32,000 nucleotides of DNA from the NCBI GenBank assembly GCA_048886185.1, contig JBHLKY010000002.1, positions 170,259 through 202,258 of the forward strand, written 5' to 3'. The notes under the pieces were generated by a model, which saw only the letters and a program-made list of their open reading frames with translations, was not told the DNA's origin and did not search any database. The stretch comes from Candidatus Hermodarchaeota archaeon. Its GTDB lineage: Archaea; Asgardarchaeota; Heimdallarchaeia; Hodarchaeales; Hodarchaeaceae. Below, piece by piece: positions 9,505 through 19,247 of the stretch; position 1 is the stretch's first letter, and the number at the start of each line of letters is the position of its first letter. The position numbers and the translations under genes are program-made.

Positions 9505-10203
9505 TCATTGAAACATATCTATAATTTTGGGAAGTTCTGTTAATTTTGTTATAGTGATGACTTCTGTATTCAGGTGATCTTGATTCTTACGATCTAACCA
9601 CACTCCCCGCATCCCCACATTCGACGCACCAAGGGCATCATTCTTTAACAGATCACCAACATACAAAATTTCATCAAAAGAAAGATTTAATGAGTTAGCA
9701 CTCATTTTAAAGAGTTCTGGGTGGGGTTTTCGCAAACCAACCTCTGCTGATATTATTATAGAGCTGAAGAAGGATGTTATCCCTGTTTTTTCTAGTTTCT
9801 TTCTCTGTTGCTCACCCTCGCCATCGGAGATGATTCCGAGAGGATAATTTTTTAGGGTCGTAAGACAGGGTAAGGTATCCACAAATAATGTCCAATTCTG
9901 TTCGTAATTAATAAGGTATTGTTGGAATATGTCCATGGCTTCCTCTGGAGTCAGTTCTTGTCCCCACTTTTTAAATACACTTTGGACTCTTAGAATCCGC
10001 TGTTGCTCAAATGAGATATGACCATCTAAATATTCGTTGATGTATCGATGAGTTCGATCCCTCCAAGTTGAATAAAAATCCTCAAAACTTGAATGAGGGA
10101 TCTGATTCCTCACACGCGAATAAAGATAGATAAGCGAACTTTCCAGTGCTTGTTCATGATCTAAGAGAGTGCCATCAATGTCAAATACTATTGCTTTAAT
10201 CAT
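9505..10203 (-). CDS. HAD-superfamily hydrolase (subfamily IA, YjjG-like)
   Basis: FDIDGTL motif I, ISDG motif II, RKP motif III, VGDLLKND motif IV. Confidence 0.92.
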   Translation of the reverse strand: MIKAIVFDIDGTLLDHEQALESSLIYLYSRVRNQIPHSSFEDFYSTWRDRTHRYINEYLDGHISFEQQRILRVQSVFKKWGQELTPEEAMDIFQQYLINYEQNWTLFVDTLPCLTTLKNYPLGIISDGEGEQQRKKLEKTGITSFFSSIIISAEVGLRKPHPELFKMSANSLNLSFDEILYVGDLLKNDALGASNVGMRGVWLDRKNQDHLNTEVITITKLTELPKIIDMFQ

Positions 10204-10331
10204 CTTATATCTTATCGTTGTGTTGAAAACTTATACTTATAACAATCATGTAAAAGAAGTACGATTATTCCTAAGAAATCAGTTTTAATAGAAAATTTCA
10301 ATTATGATTTAGAGGATTCAGGAAATTTGAC

Positions 10332-10979
10332 ATGGAAGCTTGGGATGAGATTTGGAAGACAGAAGAAGGAAGAGATAAGTGGTTAACACCTGATCCATTC
10401 GTTATTTCTTTGATACCTAAGTTTAAAAAGGAGAAGATTAAAAGAATTCTTGATCTAGGATTCGGTGTTGGTCGTCACACTATTTTCTTCGCAAAAAAAG
10501 GATTTGATGTTTATGGGATAGATCCAAGTCCATCTGGTTTAGAATTTACAAAGAAATGGGCTAAGAAGGAAAGAGTTTTTCCTAAATTAACAATTGGGGA
10601 AATGAGTCAACTTCCGTATAAGGATGATTTTTTTGATCTTATAATTGCTTGGAACGTTATATATCATGGAACTACGAGTATTATTCATAAAACGGTTACT
10701 GAAATTATAAGGTGTTTAAAAACCAATGGTTATCTCCTTTATACATTGATATCAACTAAACATAATAAATATGGCCTTGGAAACGAAATTGAAAAAAATA
10801 CATTCGTGATAGAAAAAGAAGAGGAAAAAAATCACCCTCATCATTATTTTAGTGAGAAGGAAATCAATAATTATTTCAAAGGATTTACACACCTAACTTG
10901 TGTTGATAAAGAGCAATTTTACCCCGGATTGTATCATTGGAATATCTTGTCGAGGCTTAACACAGTATATAATGATTAA
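10332..10979 (+). CDS. Class I SAM-dependent methyltransferase
   Basis: ILDLGFGVGRH motif I, YGIDPS, LPYKDDFFDLIIAWNVIYH. Confidence 0.9.
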   Translation: MEAWDEIWKTEEGRDKWLTPDPFVISLIPKFKKEKIKRILDLGFGVGRHTIFFAKKGFDVYGIDPSPSGLEFTKKWAKKERVFPKLTIGEMSQLPYKDDFFDLIIAWNVIYHGTTSIIHKTVTEIIRCLKTNGYLLYTLISTKHNKYGLGNEIEKNTFVIEKEEEKNHPHHYFSEKEINNYFKGFTHLTCVDKEQFYPGLYHWNILSRLNTVYND

Positions 10980-11123
10980 CACTTACTCATTTCCTTATGA
11001 AATATCTGGCCTACACTTTAGATTAATTTTTGTTCTAAAGAATTAATGATTAAAATACGTGAGAGAGATGTCAAAACGAAAATGGAAATATAATAGTGTA
11101 ATCCACCAATAACCAGTGATTTT

Positions 11124-12029
11124 ATGGTAACGGGAATTCATTTTCTTTTGACAATGATGTGTAATTTTGAATGTGACCATTGTTTTTTGTACTGCGGACC
11201 AAAATTTGAAGGTACATTTACTATAAACCAATTAAAATTGGTTCATGCCGAAATGAAAAAGTTAGGTACAATTAAAATGGTTTATTATGAAGGAGGAGAA
11301 CCTTTCTTATTTTATCCTCTAATGCAAGAGGGGATAAGGATGTCCCATGAGATGGGATTTAAAACAGGTGTGGTGACCAATTCATATTGGGCAATATCTG
11401 ATGAAGATGCAGAGCTCTGGTTGAAACCTTTACTTGACTTAGGAATAACAGATGTAAGTGTGAGTAATGACGCCTTTCATCACGGAAAAAGCGAAATTAA
11501 TCCGGCTACGAGAGCTTTAAAAGCTTTAAAAAAATTAGGAATGTCTGGAGACGACATATGTATCCAAGAACCTACAGTAGAATTTGATAAGACTCAAGAA
11601 AAAGGTGATCCAGTTATCGGTGGAGGAGCAATGTTCAGGGGGAGAGCGGTTGAAAAATTAATCACTGATAAATTACCCAGAAAACCTTGGGAAGAATTTA
11701 CAGAATGTCCTTATGAGGAATTGATGAATCCAGGTAGAGTTCATCTCGATCCTTTTGGTAATGTTCACATTTGTCAAGGACTGAGTATGGGGAACATGTG
11801 GTCAACTCCTCTTTCAGAGCTAGTAAAGACCTATAATGCAAAAACACATCCTATTTGTGGACCGTTAGTCAAAGGTGGGCCTGCGGAATTAGCGAGAGAA
11901 TATCAGATTGATCATAAAGAGGATTATGTAGACGCTTGTCACTTTTGTTATATGATTCGCAAAGAATTGCTTGATAGGTTCCCAGTATACTTGGCACCCA
12001 AACAAGTGTATGGATTAAATCAAAGTTGA
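11124..12029 (+). CDS. Radical SAM protein with Cys-containing C-terminal (SPASM/twitch-like) extension
   Basis: CNFECDHC (CxxxCxxC), EGGEPF, VTN, later C-P...HICQG...DACHFC. Confidence 0.9.
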   Translation: MVTGIHFLLTMMCNFECDHCFLYCGPKFEGTFTINQLKLVHAEMKKLGTIKMVYYEGGEPFLFYPLMQEGIRMSHEMGFKTGVVTNSYWAISDEDAELWLKPLLDLGITDVSVSNDAFHHGKSEINPATRALKALKKLGMSGDDICIQEPTVEFDKTQEKGDPVIGGGAMFRGRAVEKLITDKLPRKPWEEFTECPYEELMNPGRVHLDPFGNVHICQGLSMGNMWSTPLSELVKTYNAKTHPICGPLVKGGPAELAREYQIDHKEDYVDACHFCYMIRKELLDRFPVYLAPKQVYGLNQS

Positions 12030-12106
12030 ACTATTCTGAAGATTATCTTTTAGACGCCTTGAAAATCGCACAATTGAGATGAACCTTTTCAAAGTCCATA
12101 AATGAG

Positions 12107-13180
12107 TTGATAGAAAGATACAAAAAAGAAACTATAAGTGATAAAATCGAGATATTGTTGAAATTGGTTTATTTTATGCAATATAAAGAGCTCGAGACTT
12201 GTAAATTATGTGCATGGGAATGTGGCGTCGACCGCTTAGCAGGGGAACAAGGAGTTTGTATGATGGGGCTTCCAGAAGTGGCAAGCTGTCAACTTCACCC
12301 TGCTCCGCCGCAGTCTTATACTGTGTTTTGTGCTTCATGCAATTTCAGATGTCTTAACTGCCAAAATTGGGAAATCGCCCATTATCCACAGACAAAGAGT
12401 ATGATTAGAGGAGTTATTAATCCAAAACATATCGCACAATTTGGGGTACAAGCTGTGAATTCTAATGCAGGGAGAATCATTGGAGCGGATCGGTTGTTCT
12501 TTAGTGGGGGATCTCCTACTGTTTCTCTCCCTTGGATCGAAGAAGTTGTTCTATATGCTAAAAGCTTAGATCCTGAAATAAAGGTGAATTTTGATACAAA
12601 TGGATTCCCCTCAAAAAGTAGTTTTCAACGAATTCTTTCCTTCTCAGACTCATTAACATTTGATATTAAAGCTTATAATGATGAGGTTCATCGAGCTTTA
12701 ACTGGTTCACCTGTGGAGCCTGTTTTAACTAATGCTCAGGAAATGGCAAGACATCAAGATCAGTTGTGGGAGTTTAGGATCTTAGTTATTCCCAAAATTG
12801 TGGATCTCACAGAGATTCAAGCCATTGTAGAATTCATCGTTAGCTTAGGAGAAACTTTACCAACGAGTTTTCTCACATTTCGTCCTAATTTTTGTTTAGA
12901 TACCCATCCAGGAGCATCAAGAAGACTAATGGAAGAAGCTGTGAATCTTGCACGAAAAATAGGTCTTGAAAACGTTCACTGGACAGGCTTTTCAGATATA
13001 CCTGGAGTGTGTCCAACCGTTCCCCAACAAATTGAAGATAAATTTTCGCATCAACATGGAGCTGTTGCAGCTTTTTATGCGCAACGAGCAGGGTGTAAGT
13101 TAATACAACGTAATTGTGGAAAGTGTAATTTTAAGCTCTCTTGTGATCTAAAGGGTTTTATTCCTCACTCGAGTATTTAA
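12107..13180 (+). CDS. Radical SAM protein, PflX/PflA (glycyl-radical activating enzyme-like) family
   Basis: N-terminal CKLCAWECGVDR, CNFRCLNCQN, SGGSPT, DTNG, DIKA; C-terminal C-x6-C-x2-C-x5-C. True start may be ATG 12176. Confidence 0.85.
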   Translation: MIERYKKETISDKIEILLKLVYFMQYKELETCKLCAWECGVDRLAGEQGVCMMGLPEVASCQLHPAPPQSYTVFCASCNFRCLNCQNWEIAHYPQTKSMIRGVINPKHIAQFGVQAVNSNAGRIIGADRLFFSGGSPTVSLPWIEEVVLYAKSLDPEIKVNFDTNGFPSKSSFQRILSFSDSLTFDIKAYNDEVHRALTGSPVEPVLTNAQEMARHQDQLWEFRILVIPKIVDLTEIQAIVEFIVSLGETLPTSFLTFRPNFCLDTHPGASRRLMEEAVNLARKIGLENVHWTGFSDIPGVCPTVPQQIEDKFSHQHGAVAAFYAQRAGCKLIQRNCGKCNFKLSCDLKGFIPHSSI

Positions 13181-13195
13181 AAAGTAATCCAATAG

Positions 13196-14071
13196 CTACT
13201 CACGCTTCAGATATTCGCTTATGTTAATGACAATTTCTTTAATTGGATCTAACTTATTCAAAGTGTAAAAATGTAGTCCTGGGGCCCCTCCTTCAAGGAG
13301 TTCAATACATTGTTTGATAGCAATTTCAATTCCCATTCTCTCGGTGGCCTTTAGGTCATTTTCTAATGGATTGAATATATCATAAAAACGATGAGGGATG
13401 GTGGCTCCACAAAAGGCGCAAAAATTCCTTAAATTCTTGAAATTAAATACAGGAAGAATACCAGGAATGATTCTAGTGTTAATACCGAGATTTCTTACTC
13501 GTAAAACAAAATCAAAGTAATCCTTGTTCTCATAAAATAACTGAGTGATAATGAACTCACCCCCCTGCTCGATCTTATTCTTTAAGTGCTTAACATCTAT
13601 TTCTTTATTAAGAGCTTCAGGATGACCTTCAGGAAAACCAGCCACACCACAGGAGAAAGAATCTCCATAGCGATTCTTTACAAGATCACAAAGTTGATAA
13701 GCATAGGTAAAACCCTTTGGATCGGGTTTCCATTTGTCCTCACCACGAGGGGGATCACCTCGCAAAGCTAGTACGTTAAATATTCCATTGGCTTTCATTG
13801 TATCTAATATTTCAATTAAATCCTGCCTAGAATGACCAACACAGGTAATATGATGAATAGTTGGGATTTTAAAACGATTTTGAAGTTCTGTTGTGATTTC
13901 CATTGTTTTATTCCGAGTACTCCCTCCAGCACCATAAGTAACAGAAATAAAATCTGCTCCGAGTTTTATTAGTTCTTCCACGACTCGAAAAAAAAGTTCT
14001 AATTGTGAAGGTTTTTTGGGAGGAAAGAACTCAAATGAAAGTGTTTTTTTCTTTTGTTTGAAGATGTCCAT
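13196..14071 (-). CDS. metF: 5,10-methylenetetrahydrofolate reductase
   Basis: SFEFFPPK, FISVTYGAGG, HHITCVG, LALRGDPP, AGFPEGHP, ITQLFY, GLHFYTLN; likely start ATG 14071 (or 14083), not 14200. Confidence 0.95.
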   Translation of the reverse strand: MDIFKQKKKTLSFEFFPPKKPSQLELFFRVVEELIKLGADFISVTYGAGGSTRNKTMEITTELQNRFKIPTIHHITCVGHSRQDLIEILDTMKANGIFNVLALRGDPPRGEDKWKPDPKGFTYAYQLCDLVKNRYGDSFSCGVAGFPEGHPEALNKEIDVKHLKNKIEQGGEFIITQLFYENKDYFDFVLRVRNLGINTRIIPGILPVFNFKNLRNFCAFCGATIPHRFYDIFNPLENDLKATERMGIEIAIKQCIELLEGGAPGLHFYTLNKLDPIKEIVINISEYLKRE

Positions 14072-14292
14072 TATCTTCTGCATGCATTTCGCCAATGAGA
14101 TCAATAATAATTCAAAAACAAAATATAATAGATATAAAGTTTTTCTGAGTTTTAAAATATAATGGATTTTTAAACAATTTTGTACAATATAGGTTTTCAC
14201 TTAGTTTTAGGTTTAAAAGACATCTATAAATCAAATGAAAGCATTAGGAGCTTATGTAAATTATCTATTATTTAACTAATTAGGGTGTTAAG

Positions 14293-15432
14293 ATGATCAC
14301 TAAAGACATTTTAAGCGATTTTCCAACAACAAAAAATGTTAATTATTTGAGTACAGCAAGTATTGGTCTGGTTCCGGATCCTGTTATCAAGAAAACGCAG
14401 GGATTCTTTGTAGATATGGCAAGAGGGGGAACTCTAGCGTTAGACGAAGAAAAAGAAGTTTTGATATATGAAAATCTCAGAAAGGAGGGAGGTTTACTCT
14501 TGAACTGTGATCCAACGGATATTGCAGTCTTCAACAGTGTTTCGGAAGCATTAAATTCTATTGCGTGGAGTTTAGAGATAATGGATGGAAAAATGTTGTC
14601 CACTAACATTGAATTTCCTAGTGTAACTTATCCAATGTTTAGGATCGCTGAAAATAAGAACATCATAGTTAAACTTGTGAAAGCTATAGATTGGTGTATT
14701 TCAATTGATGAATTATTAAATGAAATTGATGAAACAACAAAAGTTGTATTCTTGACACATGTAGAATTTCTTACTGGACAGCAGTACGATCTTAAGGTAA
14801 TAACAGACCATGCTCATGAACATGGTTCACTTGTAATAATAGACGGAATACAAGCAGCAGGATCGGTTCCAATTGATATAAGGAATTCGGAAGTAGATGT
14901 TTACATTACAGGCAGTTATAAATGGTTACTCGCTCCTTTTGGAACAGCAATCGCATATATATCAAAAGATCTGTATGACAGACTGACTCCTGCATTTGTT
15001 GGTTGGCGATCATCAGAAAATATGTGGGATTTTAATCCTGTGGAACTTAAATATCCATCAACAGCAATGAAATTTGAATATAGTACAAGTGCATATGGGG
15101 TAAAAATAGGTTTAGCAGAATCGATTAAGTATTTACTTAGGATAGGAATAGATAATATCTATAATCATAATATGAAATTGACAGAGTTATTGATCAAAGA
15201 ATTAAGCTCAATAGATGGCGTTAAAATTGTTACACCAGAAGAAAAAGCGTCAATTGTTACGTTTACAATTAATAATAGGGATCTGTATAAGATTGGTGAA
15301 CAATTAAAGAAGTTAAAAAGACCAATTGAGCTGAATATTAGGCAAAATATGATAAGAATATCACTCCACGTTTATAATACTGAAGAAGATGTTTCTCATT
15401 TTGTAACAAACTTAAAACAATTGCTAGGATAG
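14293..15432 (+). CDS. Aminotransferase class V PLP enzyme (cysteine desulfurase/selenocysteine lyase/kynureninase-like superfamily)
   Basis: NYLSTASIG, EFPS, IDGIQAAG, GSYKWL (PLP lysine), IRISLHVYNT; no C-terminal catalytic Cys motif visible. Confidence 0.88.
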   Translation: MITKDILSDFPTTKNVNYLSTASIGLVPDPVIKKTQGFFVDMARGGTLALDEEKEVLIYENLRKEGGLLLNCDPTDIAVFNSVSEALNSIAWSLEIMDGKMLSTNIEFPSVTYPMFRIAENKNIIVKLVKAIDWCISIDELLNEIDETTKVVFLTHVEFLTGQQYDLKVITDHAHEHGSLVIIDGIQAAGSVPIDIRNSEVDVYITGSYKWLLAPFGTAIAYISKDLYDRLTPAFVGWRSSENMWDFNPVELKYPSTAMKFEYSTSAYGVKIGLAESIKYLLRIGIDNIYNHNMKLTELLIKELSSIDGVKIVTPEEKASIVTFTINNRDLYKIGEQLKKLKRPIELNIRQNMIRISLHVYNTEEDVSHFVTNLKQLLG

Positions 15433-15439
15433 TCTGTAT

Positions 15440-16855
15440 ATGGATTTGAATGATTTTCGGCAATTCGGGCATCAAATAGTAGATTGGATGGCTGATTATT
15501 TAAAAACTGTAGAAAATTATCCTGTAAAATCTCAGGTTAGGCCTAAAGAAATATTTGATCAGTTACCTTTAGAGCCTCCAATAAGAGGTGAAGACTTTGA
15601 GAGTATTTTTAACGATTTTGAAGAGATAATTCTTCCTGGGATCACACATTGGCAAAGTCCGAATTTTTTTGCCTATTTCCCAGCAAATAGCTCTTATGCC
15701 TCTATATTGGCAGAAATGCTAATGACTGCTCTTGGAGCACAATGTATGAGCTGGGAAACATCTCCAGCAGCAACAGAATTAGAAGAACGAGTTATGGAAT
15801 GGCTGCGAGATATGATTGGGTTACCAAAGGATTTTACAGGGGTGATTCAGGATACAGCTTCAACATCAACGATCTGTTCACTCCTCACAGCCCGGGAAAA
15901 ACTATCTGATTATGAGATTAACTTAACAGGGATGAATAATAAAGGGATCCTGACAACATACTGTTCTACAGAAACTCACTCAAGTATTGAGAAAGCGGTC
16001 AAAATAATCGGAACTGGAAACGCAAACTTACAAAAGATACCTGTTGATGAAAACTATGCCTTAGATCCAGATGCTCTCATAGAAGCCATTGATTCAGATA
16101 TAAAAAATGATAAGAAACCTCTTGCAGTTATTGCTACAATTGGTACAACTGGTTCAACAGCAATTGATCCTTTAAAAGAGATTGGTGATATTTGCTCTAA
16201 ACATAAAATCTGGCTTCATGTGGATGCAGCACTAGCTGGGACAGCATTACTTCTCCCAGAATATCGATGGATGATCGAAGGAATCGAAAATGCCGATACA
16301 TTTGTCTTTAATCCCCATAAATGGATGTTTACTAATTTTGATTGCTCTGCTTACTTCATCAAGGATCCCGAGGCTCTCGTTCGAACTTTTGAAATACTGC
16401 CAGAATATCTTAAGACAAAAGCAGAAGGTGTGAAAAATTTTCGTGATTGGGGATTACAATTAGGACGACGGTTCCGTGCTCTCAAATTGTGGTTTGTGAT
16501 CAGAAATCTCGGAGTAGAGGGACTTCAAAAGAAAGTTAGATATCATATAAGCCTCGCTAATTCATTAAGCAAAGAGATAGAGAAATCTCCGAATTTTGAA
16601 TTGTTAGCACCTGTACCTTTGAATACAGTTTGTTTTCGTTATCACCCCCCAACCATTGATGATGATGAGGAACTGAATCAATTGAATGAGAAACTATTAC
16701 ACCAAATAAATAAGACTGGAAAATTATACATGACTCACACTAAACTAAATGGAAAATATACCCTCAGAATGGTCACAGGTCAAACTTATGTACAAGAAAA
16801 ACACGTCAACCAAGCATGGTCTAGGATACAAAAGGAGTCTCAAAAACTACTTTGA
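15440..16855 (+). CDS. ddc: Aromatic L-amino-acid decarboxylase-like group II PLP decarboxylase (DDC type)
   Basis: HWQSPNFFAYFP, SWETSPAATELE, HSSIEKA, GTTGSTAID, WLHVDAA, NPHKWM (PLP lysine), DWGLQLGRRFRALKLWF. Confidence 0.9.
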   Translation: MDLNDFRQFGHQIVDWMADYLKTVENYPVKSQVRPKEIFDQLPLEPPIRGEDFESIFNDFEEIILPGITHWQSPNFFAYFPANSSYASILAEMLMTALGAQCMSWETSPAATELEERVMEWLRDMIGLPKDFTGVIQDTASTSTICSLLTAREKLSDYEINLTGMNNKGILTTYCSTETHSSIEKAVKIIGTGNANLQKIPVDENYALDPDALIEAIDSDIKNDKKPLAVIATIGTTGSTAIDPLKEIGDICSKHKIWLHVDAALAGTALLLPEYRWMIEGIENADTFVFNPHKWMFTNFDCSAYFIKDPEALVRTFEILPEYLKTKAEGVKNFRDWGLQLGRRFRALKLWFVIRNLGVEGLQKKVRYHISLANSLSKEIEKSPNFELLAPVPLNTVCFRYHPPTIDDDEELNQLNEKLLHQINKTGKLYMTHTKLNGKYTLRMVTGQTYVQEKHVNQAWSRIQKESQKLL

Positions 16856-16968
16856 AATTCAAAAAAAGAAATATAAATTGTAACCTGATAAAAAAATTAG
16901 AAACATTGCTTGAATATTAACCAAAAGAAATAGTGGAAAGATTCTTAACAACAGAGACAAAAAATATA

Positions 16969-16999
16969 CCCGAACATTCGGGATGCCCGAATATTTGGA
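16969..16999. promoter_or_regulatory. Tandem palindromic operator-like boxes upstream of ATPase gene
   Basis: CCCGAA-CA-TTCGGG (16969-16982) and degenerate copy CCCGAA-TA-TTTGGA (16986-16999), directly after AAAATATA and 18 nt before ATG 17018. Confidence 0.55.
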
Positions 17000-17017
17000 T
17001 AAAAGGAATGTACCTTA

Positions 17018-18139
17018 ATGGATTGCTTAGAAAATGGAATCTTTGCACGAACTACTATTAAACCTATTAATAGTGTCTTTGGCCTTGAAAGCGAAAAAGA
17101 ACAGGCGAAAGTGTATCTAACATCAGGTGAATGGTTTACTATTGCAGGATTGAGGCGGACGGGGAAAACTACATTGATACGATCTGTAGCTGCAACTATC
17201 AAAGATACTAATGTTATTTATATGAATATGTGGGAATTAACTCCTGATGAATTAAAACCAGAACAATTCCTTAAATATTTATTACATAAAATCCAAGAAA
17301 CAGTTAAGAAAGATAAAAAATTATTACAAGGAGTACAAATAGACAATATTCAACTCATGGGAGTGTCACTTAAATTAGAGAAGCAACAACAACTGTTTCA
17401 TCAAGTTCTAGAGAAAATCGTAAACCAAAAACCTATGATCTGGATTCTAGATGAAATACAAGAATTGAGTAATGAGTCTCACATCTTTAAATATCTTGCA
17501 GCTTTACATGACAAATTTGCTCCAAAGCTATCAGTTGTTTTTCTTGGATCAGTCGTAGCTTTAAGACAACTTTTGAAAATCACTCCATCAAACCCGCTAT
17601 ATGGCCGACTGAGCCATGAGATATTATTGTCACCATTTGATGAGGTAAAATCACGAACATTATTAAAAGAAGGATTCAATCAGTGCGGGAAAACAATTCA
17701 AGAAAACGTAATCATTGAAGCTGCACTCCAATTAGGAGGATTTGCAGGATGGTTAACTCATTTTGGCCGATTATTGGTGTTGGATTCATCAGCAACTACA
17801 ATAACTGACCTGACTATTGTGAAAAAGCTGTTAAACCAGTTAGAAGCAGAAGCAGAGAGTCTTATTGTGGCTGAAATCGCTCGATTACTCTATGATAAGA
17901 GAAAAGCTGGTAACTATCTAAAATTACTCAAAGCGATCAGTGAAGAAGGTAATATCTCCGTTTCAAATGCCGCAGAGGTGATCAACCGCAATTCAAGTAC
18001 TACTTTTGAGTATTTAGACTATCTTTATGCCCATGGAATCCTCAAAAAGACAAACAAAACTTATTACATCGGGGATCCACTAACGCGACGAATATTCAGA
18101 AAGCCTGATGTTGATCAGAAGATTAAAATTAATATCTAG
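17018..18139 (+). CDS. Archaeal (MJ-type STAND, COG1672-like) ATPase with C-terminal winged helix
   Basis: Walker A GLRRTGKTT, Walker B ILDEIQ, VFLGS, LYGR, GGFAGWL, C-terminal HTH and YYIGDPL. Confidence 0.87.
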   Translation: MDCLENGIFARTTIKPINSVFGLESEKEQAKVYLTSGEWFTIAGLRRTGKTTLIRSVAATIKDTNVIYMNMWELTPDELKPEQFLKYLLHKIQETVKKDKKLLQGVQIDNIQLMGVSLKLEKQQQLFHQVLEKIVNQKPMIWILDEIQELSNESHIFKYLAALHDKFAPKLSVVFLGSVVALRQLLKITPSNPLYGRLSHEILLSPFDEVKSRTLLKEGFNQCGKTIQENVIIEAALQLGGFAGWLTHFGRLLVLDSSATTITDLTIVKKLLNQLEAEAESLIVAEIARLLYDKRKAGNYLKLLKAISEEGNISVSNAAEVINRNSSTTFEYLDYLYAHGILKKTNKTYYIGDPLTRRIFRKPDVDQKIKINI

Positions 18140-18203
18140 GGAAAGGAGAGTAATACATTCCCTCTTTGATGATTTGCAGGACAATTGTAATAATCCCAAT
18201 CGA

Positions 18204-18901
18204 TTATTTCATTGTTATCTTCTTTTCTTCTTTCTCTCGGTTTAATCTTTCTAATCTTTCTCTATATCATTTTAAACTTTGCTTTTCTTCTTCTCTTTTT
18301 TTCGTTTCCCATTTTTCTCTCACTGTGCGCCAATCCTGCAATAAAGAGGGAAGGTCGCATTCTGGGAAATTTCCAAAATGAATATAAGACCCTTTGGTGA
18401 AAATGCCATATTTGTTCCCTTTTTCCAAAAAGTGGTGATTTCGAGCAAGATGTTCAGTCCCTCGATTAATGAGGAGTTCTCTTTTGGTAGTAGGATTAAA
18501 AGAAATAGCGTCGTTAGTCCATATATATTCACAATCAGGGAAAGAATAGATTTGCTAACGGCCACGGACACGTCATTACTCAATAAGATAAATCATATCA
18601 TTGAATCGAGTTTCAGGGTATTTACGAATTACATTCATGAATTGAATATTGATTTTATCCTCGTGGAATCTGTCCTTGGGAAATTCGAGCAAACCTGATA
18701 CCCAACGATAATCTTCACGATAAGGTGTTCCAATACCAGCAAACATTGCATAATTCTCTACAAAATCCATTAGCTGTTGCTTGAGATCAGCGATTTCGTC
18801 AAGTGACCCTCCAATCTCACAAACTCCTCGTTATCTTGTTGGATAACCTCATCAACCGATTTATATGCCCCGTTGATGAACCCAAATTGTTGGAACTGGT
18901 T
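18204..18901 (-). pseudogene. Degraded gene remnant of unknown family
   Basis: One frame continues through TAA 18576, TGA 18573, TAG 18555 and TGA 18267, with a 95-codon open stretch (QIYSFPDCEYIW...REEEKQSLK) and a charged tail; a probable frameshift near 18810 joins SVDEVIQQDNEEFVRL to GGSLDEIADLKQQLMDF. Confidence 0.55.
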
Positions 18902-19247
18902 CTAGAACTCCCCCTGTAAGTAGTGCAGGTTTTTATCTCAAAATACGGTCTATCTTTCACTTAAATCACGATCTACGAAAAATATTTCTGAGGGGTGTAA
19001 TTTCTTTATGTGCTTCTCCTACATACACTTTATAAAGGCTTCAATATCCTTCAAAAAAGCAATGGAAAAAGGAGGTCATTGAAAATGACGAAAATGACAT
19101 AAACTATCTATATTTCGTTAATAATAACCATCCAGTCTCCCTTTTAAAATTCATTCTAAGAAAAGCACCAAGTACGAGGATGAAGTGTTTTTAATGAGAA
19201 TCTTAAATGTTGATTCTTCTAAATTAGATTTCTCCACCCTCTGATTC

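Noticed and set aside
6442-15432. Ergothioneine-like pathway from DinB, methyltransferase and class-V lyase
   Set aside because: DinB is stand-alone without an FGE-sulfatase domain, the methyltransferase is too short and lacks EgtD features, and the genes are dispersed on different strands
18166-18698. Hydrophobic plus-strand ORFs 18166-18381, 18212-18400 and 18378-18698 as small membrane proteins
   Set aside because: Their F/L/S richness mirrors the purine-rich Glu/Lys/Arg codons of the minus-strand pseudogene; no convincing RBS
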